This document shows, piece by piece, positions 26,681 to 34,887 of a stretch of 64,000 nucleotides of DNA. The number at the start of each line of letters is the position of its first letter. The stretch's first letter is position 1. Source of the DNA: an uncultured Rhodospirillaceae bacterium (GTDB lineage Bacteria; Pseudomonadota; Alphaproteobacteria; Dongiales; Dongiaceae). Below the pieces are notes generated by a model. The model searched no databases. It had not been told where the DNA came from and worked only from the letters and a program-made list of their open reading frames with translations. The translations under genes were made by a program, and so were the position numbers. The DNA is taken from NCBI GenBank assembly GCA_902826565.1, contig CADEFF010000003.1:42588-106587 (forward strand). The letters are read 5' to 3'.

Positions 26681-28603
26681 ATGGACCTGGTCACGATCCT
26701 CACGCCGACGCTGCCGGCCCTGGCCTGGGTCGCCGAGCGGCGCCGGGGCAGCCGCGAGGTGCAACTGCGCCATGGGACCGCCGTCGAGCTGGATCCCGAG
26801 GGGGCGATCGCCGGCGCCTGGGCCGGAAGCTTCGCGAAACGGGACATGACCGGCGCCGCCACCTCCATCGGCACGGCGCTGCGAAGGAACGGCGATCGAC
26901 TGCTGGCGCTGGTCGGCACCGCGACCGCCTCCACGATGCAGATTCTCTGGACTCCCAACCGCCTCGTGGTCTCCAACAGCTTTGCCCTAGCCCTCGCCGC
27001 GGGCGATGACCGGCTGGAGCCCGGCTACGCCTTCTATCCCCAAGATCTCTACACCTTCACGCTCGGCGCAAATCGCTATCGACAAACCATCCCGACGCAG
27101 CGCGGCCGGCTCGGAGTCTACTATGCCTCGGTCGAGATCGACGCCAGCGGCGAGCTCCGCATGATGCCGCCGCCCTCGCCGCCCCGCTTCACCGACTATC
27201 GGAGCTATTGCGCGATGCTGGAAGGCGAGATGGCGGCGGTCTTCGCCAATGCCGCCGATCCGGCGCGGCATCGCCACTACCGTCCCGTCGTGAGCATCTC
27301 GGCGGGTTATGATTCGCCCGCAGCCGCCGTGCTGGCGAAACGTAACGGGTGCAGCGATGCCATCACCTTTCCGCAGCCGATCGATCGGCGCGACCGGCCG
27401 GAGGATGACGGCACCGCGATCGCGCGGCAACTCGGCCTCTCCGTCGTCTCGCGCAACACCTTCGACTACCGGCGTCGCGCCGATCAGCCCGAGATCGAAT
27501 TCCTCGCGGCGAGCTTCGGCGGCGGGCAGGTCTACCTCGCCGGCACCGAGGCGCTGCTCTCCGGACGGCTCGTGGTGTCGGGCGGCGGCGGCGACACGCT
27601 CTGGGACATCGCGCTCGGGCAACGCCGCCGGCCACGTTTCCCGATGATGCTCGGCGGCTACAGCGCCATCGATTTTTTTCTCCGGCTTCCGGCGCTGGAG
27701 CTCGCGGTGCCGGCGATCGCGTCGGCGCGATGGGCGGAGATCGCCGCGCTTTCGCGCTCCGGGGCGATGCGGTCCTGGTCCATCGGCGGAACCTACGATC
27801 GACCGATCCCCCGCCGCCTTCTCGAGGAAGCCGGCGTCGCACGAGGCAGCTTCGCCGACCGCAAGCGGCAGGTGACGCCGGTCTATGACAGCATCACGCG
27901 CCGCGCGCCTTCGATCGACAGCTTCCTCTCGCCCGCCACGAGAAAGGTCTTCGCCGACTGGTTCTCCGCCCAGACGCCGCTTCGCGGAGGCGCCGCGCGA
28001 CGACACAAGCTCGCGGTCGACAGCTACGGGCGCATCGTCTGGTCCGGCAAGCTTGCCCGGCTTGCGCGCCGCCTCGGCGGAAGCTGGCCGCCCTTCCCGG
28101 CAAAGGTCTGGCATCTGCGCATGCCGATGCGCGAAAACGCCTTCCTCTTCAACTGGGCTGTCGAGCGCCAGCGCACGCGCTATAAGGACGCGCTCGCGGG
28201 CAAGAATGACGATATGCCGATGCCCGCTCCCGAAGCCGGCCTGAAGGAACCGCCGATGGCCCCGTCCGACGCCGACGATACCGCGCCCTTGCCGACGCAG
28301 TTCGCGCCGGTCGATCGCCGCGCCGTGCTCCGGCTCTCGCCCAAGGTCACGCTGCGGCGTCTCGGCGAGGATCAGGGCGCCGTGGTGCTTCGGCTGGCCG
28401 ACGGGCAGCTCTATACCTGCAACGATACGACCGTCGATTTCCTCGAGGCGGTCGACGGCGAACGCGATCTGGCGGCGATCATCGCGCGGCTCGAATGCGT
28501 CTATGATGCTTCGCCCACGCGGCTGCGGATGGATCTCGTCGCGTTGGCCGAACAGCTTCTGGCCGAAGGCCTGATTCGGATCGAGGATGCAACGGCGCGC
28601 TGA
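26681..28603 (+). CDS. Asparagine-synthetase/PP-loop-like enzyme (lasso-cyclase-like) fused to a C-terminal PqqD-type RiPP recognition element
   Basis: Track ORF 26591..28603, trimmed to the ATG at 26681 (MDLVTIL). Central PP-loop-like motif VVSISAGYDSPAAAVLA (compare SGGxDS). The last ~95 aa (VLRLSPKVTLRRLGEDQGAVVLRLADGQLYTCNDTTVDFLEAVDGERDLAAIIARLECVYDASPTRLRMDLVALAEQLLAEGLI) look like PqqD/B1. No stop codon separates the two parts. Confidence 0.6.
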   Translation: MDLVTILTPTLPALAWVAERRRGSREVQLRHGTAVELDPEGAIAGAWAGSFAKRDMTGAATSIGTALRRNGDRLLALVGTATASTMQILWTPNRLVVSNSFALALAAGDDRLEPGYAFYPQDLYTFTLGANRYRQTIPTQRGRLGVYYASVEIDASGELRMMPPPSPPRFTDYRSYCAMLEGEMAAVFANAADPARHRHYRPVVSISAGYDSPAAAVLAKRNGCSDAITFPQPIDRRDRPEDDGTAIARQLGLSVVSRNTFDYRRRADQPEIEFLAASFGGGQVYLAGTEALLSGRLVVSGGGGDTLWDIALGQRRRPRFPMMLGGYSAIDFFLRLPALELAVPAIASARWAEIAALSRSGAMRSWSIGGTYDRPIPRRLLEEAGVARGSFADRKRQVTPVYDSITRRAPSIDSFLSPATRKVFADWFSAQTPLRGGAARRHKLAVDSYGRIVWSGKLARLARRLGGSWPPFPAKVWHLRMPMRENAFLFNWAVERQRTRYKDALAGKNDDMPMPAPEAGLKEPPMAPSDADDTAPLPTQFAPVDRRAVLRLSPKVTLRRLGEDQGAVVLRLADGQLYTCNDTTVDFLEAVDGERDLAAIIARLECVYDASPTRLRMDLVALAEQLLAEGLIRIEDATAR

Positions 28604-29030
28604 ACGCCTGTCCGATCTCCGCTTCCGTTGCCATCTCTGGCTGGCGGCGCGATGGCTGACGGTACGCGCCAAAGGTCGGCCGATCGAAACCCTGCTGCAG
28701 GCGGCGACGCCCGTCCCCGGCTTCGAACCCTATCGCGGCCTTTCGGCCGAACGCATCGTGGAGGCGGTCCGGCGCACGCTCGCCCGCCCCTGGCGCATGC
28801 GCGGCCGGCGCTGCCTCCGCGAGGGGCTGCTCGCCTTTCGGTTCCTTCGCCTCGCCGGCTATCCGGCCGTGCTGCATTTCGCCGTCGCGTCCCCCTCGCC
28901 GACCGATCGCATGCGCGCCCATTGCTGGGTGACGCTGGAGGGAAGGCTCATTCACGAATCGCCGCGCGAGGGAATGGTGCCGCTCCTCGAGTGGGACGGC
29001 GAGGCGCGACCCGCGACGCAGAATGGCTGA
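28587..29030 (+). CDS. Lasso peptide biosynthesis B2 protein (transglutaminase-like Cys protease, leader peptidase)
   Basis: 147 aa. Family-typical block RCLREGLLAFRFLRLAGYPAVLHFAV...RAHCWVTLEGRLI containing the Cys and His of the catalytic triad. The start overlaps the upstream gene by 17 nt. Confidence 0.8.
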   Translation: MQRRAERLSDLRFRCHLWLAARWLTVRAKGRPIETLLQAATPVPGFEPYRGLSAERIVEAVRRTLARPWRMRGRRCLREGLLAFRFLRLAGYPAVLHFAVASPSPTDRMRAHCWVTLEGRLIHESPREGMVPLLEWDGEARPATQNG

Positions 29031-30018
29031 CCGCCGCATGGCGGCGCGCCACTACGACCTCAACGGCGTCACGCTGGCGGTGGCGGCGGATCGCCCGGAA
29101 GCGGCCGGTTTCCTCGATTTCGTCCTGTCGCCGCTGGCGATCGACCCCACCGAGAAACCCGATTGCCGGATCGCGATCGAGACCCGCGGCACCCTGCCGC
29201 CGGCGGCTCGAGGCCTGCTCCAGTTCGAGGGAGCGCTTCCGGAATCGCTGCCGGCGCAGCTCGTTCGGGACGGCGACCTGAGGACGCTCGACGCGCCCGG
29301 GCATTATCAGGCCGAGAGCCTGCGCGGATCGGATTTCGTGCGCGTTCTCGTCGCGCCGGGAAGCGACCGCTGGCTCACCGGAACGCTGGCGTTCTGGCTG
29401 CTCGACGAGCTGCTGGTCGGGAAAGGCCGCATCTTCCTGCATGCCGCCTGCCTGGCGCGGCCCGCGGGCGATGCGATCCTCATCTTCGCCGCGAGCGGCA
29501 CGGGCAAGACGACGACGGCGCTGGCCCTCGCACGCAACGGCTACGGGTTGATGGGCGACGACGTGGCGCTGCTGGAATTCCGCGATGGCCGACCGTGGGT
29601 CTGGGGGCTGCCGCGCCCGATCAACCTGCATCGCCGAACCGCGGCCATGCTGTCCTGGATCGATCCCATCCTGCGGCCATGGCGCGGCGAGGAACAATCC
29701 GTGCCGTTCGACAAGCTCGCCACCTGCATCGACCGTGCGGCGGCAAAGGCCCGGCCCTGCGGCGCCATGGTCATGCTGCAGCCGCCGAACCCTGAGGGCC
29801 ACCGTGCGGCGCCGATGGCAAGGACGGAGGCGATGGTGCAGGCCGCGGCGGACAACCTCCGCGTCGCGCCGGGCGGGCTCGACGAAGACGGCGAGCTCGC
29901 CTTCGACGCGCTGGCGCGGCTGATCGCGGCGGTGCCCGTGCTGCAGCTCGAAGTCGGACCCGATCCCGATTCCCTGCGGCCCGATATCCTGGAGAGCGCC
30001 GGCGTTACCGCGCGATGA
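29023..30018 (+). CDS. HPr-kinase-related (HprK-like) serine kinase of the lasso-peptide kinase type
   Basis: 331 aa. P-loop plus downstream acidic motif IFAASGTGKTTTALALARNGYGLMGDDVALL, as in the HprK C-terminal domain. The ATG overlaps the B2 stop (ATGGCTGA); an alternative ATG lies at 29038. Confidence 0.7.
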   Translation: MADRRMAARHYDLNGVTLAVAADRPEAAGFLDFVLSPLAIDPTEKPDCRIAIETRGTLPPAARGLLQFEGALPESLPAQLVRDGDLRTLDAPGHYQAESLRGSDFVRVLVAPGSDRWLTGTLAFWLLDELLVGKGRIFLHAACLARPAGDAILIFAASGTGKTTTALALARNGYGLMGDDVALLEFRDGRPWVWGLPRPINLHRRTAAMLSWIDPILRPWRGEEQSVPFDKLATCIDRAAAKARPCGAMVMLQPPNPEGHRAAPMARTEAMVQAAADNLRVAPGGLDEDGELAFDALARLIAAVPVLQLEVGPDPDSLRPDILESAGVTAR

Positions 30019-30982
30019 GCGGGCGTGTGGTGAGGCGGCGATAGAACTGCGCGATCCTTCGCCGCTTGCCGTCGCCCGGCAGCCGGCGCCGGAGCCGCAC
30101 CCGGGCATCCGCAAGATCGAGTTCGATCCGTCGCCAGCCGATCCGGGGCGGCGCGCCAGTCGTGGGTCCGAGCCGCTGCACCAGATCCATGATGCGGTAG
30201 TCGCGTCCGGCGATTCGCATGACGAGTTGCCGCAACTGCCCGACCGTGCCGCAGAGCCAGGCGACCCGATCGGCCGTTTCCGCCGGTGTCAGCCGGAAGG
30301 CTGCCGTCGTCGGACGAGCGAGGGTCGCCGCCGCCTCGTCCTGCGGCACCGCCCCGATCTCGCCGCGCAGATAGCGCGGGACAGCCTGCACGGCGAGGGT
30401 CGCGGCCGCCTCGGCCAGCGACAGCTCCCACCGGCGGACATCGCCACCCGATTCGAGCGGCACCGGGACGGCGGCGATGACCGGCCCCTTGTCCATACCC
30501 GCCGTGATCGCATGGAGCGTGACGCCGCCATAGCGATCGGCCGTGCCATCCAGCAGCATGGCCATCAAGGGATAGGGGCCGCGGAACCGCGGCAGCAGCG
30601 CCGGATGCAGGTTCAGCACCGGCATGGCGAGGCTATCCAGGAACGATCGCGGCAGGAGGCGCGGAAAATGCACGCTGAGGACGAGATCGGGCCGCAGCGC
30701 CGCGGCGCGCGCGGCTGCCTGGTGCCAATCGGCCGCCGCGGACAGGACATGCGGCGCGATGCGACCTCGCCTGATCGCCGCCGAGACGGACCATTGCGGC
30801 GTGCATATCCCCGTATGGCGATCGCGGCGCCAGTCGGACGGACCCGATGCATCGACCGTCCAGAACTCGAGGATTTCGTGGCCCGCCGCAAGCCAGGCAT
30901 GGGCAACGAGCGCGGGCGTCGGCCCGGTCGCGCCGAGGAAGAGAGCGCGATATCGGCGGAAAGGCTGTTTCGCCTCCCTCAC
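30005..30982 (-). CDS. Methionyl-tRNA-formyltransferase-like (Fmt/ArnA-N-type) formyltransferase
   Basis: Track ORF 30005..31486, trimmed to the GTG at 30982, which overlaps the upstream stop as GTGA. The product is 325 aa. Formyl_trans_N motif VLNLHPALLPRFRGPYP plus AGMDKGPVIA. The 3' end overlaps the kinase 3' end by 14 nt (convergent). Confidence 0.7.
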   Translation of the reverse strand: MREAKQPFRRYRALFLGATGPTPALVAHAWLAAGHEILEFWTVDASGPSDWRRDRHTGICTPQWSVSAAIRRGRIAPHVLSAAADWHQAAARAAALRPDLVLSVHFPRLLPRSFLDSLAMPVLNLHPALLPRFRGPYPLMAMLLDGTADRYGGVTLHAITAGMDKGPVIAAVPVPLESGGDVRRWELSLAEAAATLAVQAVPRYLRGEIGAVPQDEAAATLARPTTAAFRLTPAETADRVAWLCGTVGQLRQLVMRIAGRDYRIMDLVQRLGPTTGAPPRIGWRRIELDLADARVRLRRRLPGDGKRRRIAQFYRRLTTRPLIAR

Positions 30983-32073
30983 GAGAGCCGGACCAGCAAT
31001 TCGCGATAGAGCTGCCGGCGCCAGGCGTGGCGCGAGCGCTGCGAATTGTGGGCAGTGAGGATCGGCGACCGTCCGAAAACCCGGGCGAGGCCGCGCGTCC
31101 GCCGATCGCGTACGACGGCGGCCGCGAGCGCGCGCATCGCCGGATCGCCCGTGAGCCTGCCGGCGATGACGAGCGCGCTGCGCAAGGCGAGCCCGCCGCC
31201 GGTTTCCGCCGCCAGCCGTTCGAGCGCGTCGCGATCGATAGGGCCGGCGGCGCCTCGCGCCGCCTGCACCATGTCGAAGATCTGCTGCAGCCGGTCGAAG
31301 CCGTGGCCGGCCGCCGCATGGATCGCCGCGATATAGAGCAGGGCCCCTGCGGTCGGCCTTCCGTCCGCCATGCCGAACCGCTCGAGCTGCGCAAAATCGA
31401 GCGACACCCGGCGGCGCAGCTTCGGCGAGTTTACCAGATCCCAATGCAGCTCGACCGGTGAGGTGCCGAGCACCGGGTGCGCCCATTTCTCCTCGGCATA
31501 GTGCCCTGCATGCCGTCCCGAGGTCTGCGGCACATGGCGGTAGCCGAGCTCGGTCAGCACGGCCCGCGCGGCGGGAAATTCCTCGTCCGGCAGCATGAGG
31601 TCGATGTCGTCGAAGGGCCGGAGCGCCGGATCCGGATAAAGCCGGTCCGCAAAGCTCGAGCCCTTGAGGACCGCCGCCGACACGCCCGTCGCCGCGAGCC
31701 TTTCCAGCAACGCCTGCTGCATCGCGCGAAGCAGCTCCGCCCGCCCGACGAGATGCGCCACGCCGAAATCGAGCCGTTCCAGCATCGCCGCCACGGCGGC
31801 CTCGGGATTGCTTGCCCGCAAGACCGCCGCGAGCCCGCGCTCGGCCGTCACCCGCCGGATGTTGCGTGCGATCGCCGGCGACACACGGTGCCGGTCGCCT
31901 TCGACCGCAAGCCGTTCGAGATCCTCGTCATCGAGCGGTGCCGCCGGCGCGGAACCGTGCGGCGCCGGATCGCCGAGCCAGAGCAGCCAGGCATGGAAGC
32001 GGTCGGGCAAGGGGCAAAAATCCTGCAATCCCAAGACAGCGCCAGCATAGGGGCCGGAAGGCGGATCGGCCAT
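30979..32073 (-). CDS. Nucleotidyltransferase family protein (PF14907/NTP_transf_5-like)
   Basis: 364 aa. VLKGSSFADRLYPDPALRPFDDIDLMLP and VELHWDL match the pol-beta-like nucleotidyltransferase family that frequently accompanies lasso clusters. Confidence 0.7.
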   Translation of the reverse strand: MADPPSGPYAGAVLGLQDFCPLPDRFHAWLLWLGDPAPHGSAPAAPLDDEDLERLAVEGDRHRVSPAIARNIRRVTAERGLAAVLRASNPEAAVAAMLERLDFGVAHLVGRAELLRAMQQALLERLAATGVSAAVLKGSSFADRLYPDPALRPFDDIDLMLPDEEFPAARAVLTELGYRHVPQTSGRHAGHYAEEKWAHPVLGTSPVELHWDLVNSPKLRRRVSLDFAQLERFGMADGRPTAGALLYIAAIHAAAGHGFDRLQQIFDMVQAARGAAGPIDRDALERLAAETGGGLALRSALVIAGRLTGDPAMRALAAAVVRDRRTRGLARVFGRSPILTAHNSQRSRHAWRRQLYRELLVRLS

Positions 32074-32226
32074 TGGCCAGAACCCACCCCTTCAGAATCC
32101 GGTCCCGGGGGCAGGATTGGCTAATCCCCGCGACGCGCCTATGCTCGCGTCGATCCAACGGCATCGCGGCATTCGCGACACAGGGCGAACACTCGGAAAA
32201 TCAGCAAGAGCGAGGGAGGTCAACCA

Positions 32227-32793
32227 ATGGCAATCTCGATTCATCCGGCCGTCGATAACGGCATCAAACCGAAGGCGGAGAATTTCGCCGGCGGCAAGCT
32301 GAGCTGCAACTGCGCGCAAGGCGCGGTCGAAGTCACGGTCACGGGCCAGAGCGCGCACAACCATGTCTGCGGCTGCACAAAATGCTGGAAGCCGAAGGGC
32401 GCGACCTTCTCGCAAGTGGCGGTCGTGCCGCGCGACAACCTCAAGGTCAGCGCGAACGAGAACAAGCTCAAGGTCGTCGACTCGTCCGCAGCGATCCAGC
32501 GTCATGCCTGCAAGGATTGCGGCGTGCATATGTATGGCCGGATCGAGAACAAGAACCACCCGCTCTACGGCTTCGACTTCATCCATACGGAGCTTTCGAA
32601 GCAGAGCGGCTGGTCGCCGCCGGAATTCGCGGCCTTCGTCTCGTCCGTCATCGAGTCCGGCACCAAGCCCGACCAGATGCCGGCGATCCGCAGCCGGCTG
32701 AAGCAGATCGGGCTCGAGCCCTATGACGCGCTCTCGCCGCCGCTGATGGATTTCATCGCGACCCACGTCGCCAAGCAGAAGGGCGTGCTCTAG
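32227..32793 (+). CDS. gfa: S-(hydroxymethyl)glutathione synthase (glutathione-dependent formaldehyde-activating enzyme)
   Basis: 188 aa. Near-colinear with Paracoccus Gfa as I recall it: [11 protein letters not shown]..., [58 protein letters not shown]. Confidence 0.9.
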   Translation: MAISIHPAVDNGIKPKAENFAGGKLSCNCAQGAVEVTVTGQSAHNHVCGCTKCWKPKGATFSQVAVVPRDNLKVSANENKLKVVDSSAAIQRHACKDCGVHMYGRIENKNHPLYGFDFIHTELSKQSGWSPPEFAAFVSSVIESGTKPDQMPAIRSRLKQIGLEPYDALSPPLMDFIATHVAKQKGVL

Positions 32794-32841
32794 CCCGACC
32801 GGATCGGGCGGGACGACGCTGGTCCCGCCCCTCCGCCTCGC

Positions 32842-34698
32842 CTACTTTCGAGACGGCGTAGCCGCCCTGCCGGCGGCATCATCCTCGCTATGCCGGCGCA
32901 ACAGCGCGAGGAAGGCCGGCCCGTATTTCGCGAGCTTGGTCTGGCCGATGCCGTAGAGCCCCGCCATGGCATCGAGGCTTTGCGGGCGGTGCGCCACCAT
33001 CTCCAACAAGGTGCGGTCCGGAAACACGACATAGGTCGGCTGGCGCAGCCTGCCGGCGATCTCGCGTCGGAGCTCCTTGAGCGCCCCGAACAGGACCTGA
33101 TCCTCCGGCGACCCCGCTGCCGCCGCGGCCGGCGCCGCCTTCGCCTTGCGACCGCGGCCCGCCGTCGGCAGGGAATCCTTGCGCAGTTCGATCCGCTCGG
33201 CGCCGCGCAGCACCTGACGGCCGCGCTCCGTCACCACCCAGCGTCCATGCTCGGCGATGTCGAGATGCAGCAGGCCTGCCGCATAGAGCTGGCGGAAGAG
33301 CGAACGCCATTCGTTGGCGCTGCGGTCCTTGCCGACGCCGAAGGTCGGCAATGTGTCGTGGCGATAGCGCCGGATCGCGTCGCTCGTGCCGCCGGTCAGA
33401 ATCTGGACCAGATGCTCGGTGCCGAATCGCTCGCCCGTCCGCAGGATGGCGGACATCGCCTTTTGCGCCTCGACCGTCCCGTCGAAGAGCTCGACGCCAC
33501 CGCTGCAGAGGTCGCAATTGCCGCAGGGCAGCGCGCTCTCGCCGAAATAGGCGAGCAGGGTCTGCCGGCGGCAGCGCGGCGCCTCGCAGAGCGCGATGAG
33601 GGCGTTCAGCTTCTGCCGCTCGATACGCTGGCGCTCGCTGGACGCGGCACCCTCCTCGATCTGCAATCGCCGCAGCTTCATGTCGTCGAGCCCGTAGAGG
33701 GTCAGCGTCTCCGCCGGAAGCCCGTCACGTCCCGCGCGCCCGATCTCCTGATAATAGGCCTCGACGTTCTGCGGCATGTCGGCATGGCAGACGAAGCGCA
33801 CATCGGGCTTGTCGATCCCCATGCCGAAGGCGACCGTCGCCACCATCACCACCCCGTCCTCTTCGAGGAACCTGTCCTGGTGCCTGTTGCGCTGCGCCGT
33901 CTCCATGCCGGCATGGTAGGGCAGCGCCCGATAGCCGCCGTCGACGAAGCTGGTGGCGAGTTCCTCGGTGCGCTTGCGCGAGGCGCAATAGACGATGCCG
34001 CTGCTGCCGCGATGGCGCCCGAGGAATTCGCCGAGCTGACGACGCGCCCCCGCCTTGGGCTGCATGGCAAGGCGGATGTTCGGACGGTCGAAGGAGCTGA
34101 CGAAGACGCGCGGCGGGGCCGTGAACAGCCGCTGCACGATATCGGCCCGGGTCGCCGGATCGGCCGTCGCGGTGAGGGCGATGGTCTGCACCCCGCCCAG
34201 CCGTTCCCGCACCGCGCCCAGCGCCAGATATTCGGGCCGGAAATCATGGCCCCATTGCGAGACGCAATGCGCTTCGTCGATGGCGAGCAGGCTCGTCCCG
34301 GCCGAACACAGCAGCTCGATCGTGTCCTCGCGCGCGATGCGCTCTGGTGCCACATAGAGGAGGCGCAAGCTGCCGTCGCGGAGCGCATCGTGCGCCGCCC
34401 TCGCCTCGCCCGGCTCGTTCGCCGAATTGAGGCTCGCGGCCGCGATCCCGTAGGACCGAAGCTGGCCGACCTGGTCGCGCATGAGGGCGATGAGCGGCGA
34501 GACCACGACCGTCAGCCCCGGCCGCAGCAGCGCCGGAAGCTGAAAGCAGAGCGACTTGCCGCTGCCGGTCGGCATGACCGCGAGCACGTCGCCGCCGCCC
34601 AGCACGACCTTGATGACTTCCGCCTGGCCGGCCCGGAACTCGGCAAAGCCGAAAGTCCGCTGCAGGGTGGATCGCGCCTCGTCGAGCGACAGGGTCAT
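32842..34698 (-). CDS. recQ: ATP-dependent DNA helicase RecQ
   Basis: Track ORF 32842..36528, trimmed to the ATG at 34698 (MTLSLDEARSTLQRTFGF). Motif I MPTGSGKSLCFQLP, DEAH box AIDEAHCVSQWGHDFRPEY, Zn-binding CDLC region, and a C-terminal HRDC domain. 618 aa. Confidence 0.95.
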   Translation of the reverse strand: MTLSLDEARSTLQRTFGFAEFRAGQAEVIKVVLGGGDVLAVMPTGSGKSLCFQLPALLRPGLTVVVSPLIALMRDQVGQLRSYGIAAASLNSANEPGEARAAHDALRDGSLRLLYVAPERIAREDTIELLCSAGTSLLAIDEAHCVSQWGHDFRPEYLALGAVRERLGGVQTIALTATADPATRADIVQRLFTAPPRVFVSSFDRPNIRLAMQPKAGARRQLGEFLGRHRGSSGIVYCASRKRTEELATSFVDGGYRALPYHAGMETAQRNRHQDRFLEEDGVVMVATVAFGMGIDKPDVRFVCHADMPQNVEAYYQEIGRAGRDGLPAETLTLYGLDDMKLRRLQIEEGAASSERQRIERQKLNALIALCEAPRCRRQTLLAYFGESALPCGNCDLCSGGVELFDGTVEAQKAMSAILRTGERFGTEHLVQILTGGTSDAIRRYRHDTLPTFGVGKDRSANEWRSLFRQLYAAGLLHLDIAEHGRWVVTERGRQVLRGAERIELRKDSLPTAGRGRKAKAAPAAAAAGSPEDQVLFGALKELRREIAGRLRQPTYVVFPDRTLLEMVAHRPQSLDAMAGLYGIGQTKLAKYGPAFLALLRRHSEDDAAGRAATPSRK

Positions 34699-34887
34699 GA
34701 ATGCTGGAATCCCGGAAGGGCGATCGGATGGCGGCATTATAGGCGGCGGCGCGAAGGAACGAAGCGATTCGGGGGCGCCTGGACGGCGTCTGCTTGACAG
34801 GCCGGAGAAGCCGAAGGGATAACAGATTCGTTCGGCAGACAGCGCCGCATGAACGGTGCCCCGCGCACCGAGATCCGAGGGAACCCC

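Noticed and set aside
28100-28330. Separate start codon for a stand-alone PqqD/B1 gene (internal MPMPAP.. or MAPSDADD..)
   Set aside because: No stop codon separates it from the upstream cyclase-like domain, and I saw no obvious RBS. I therefore kept it as a fusion, while noting that internal initiation remains possible.
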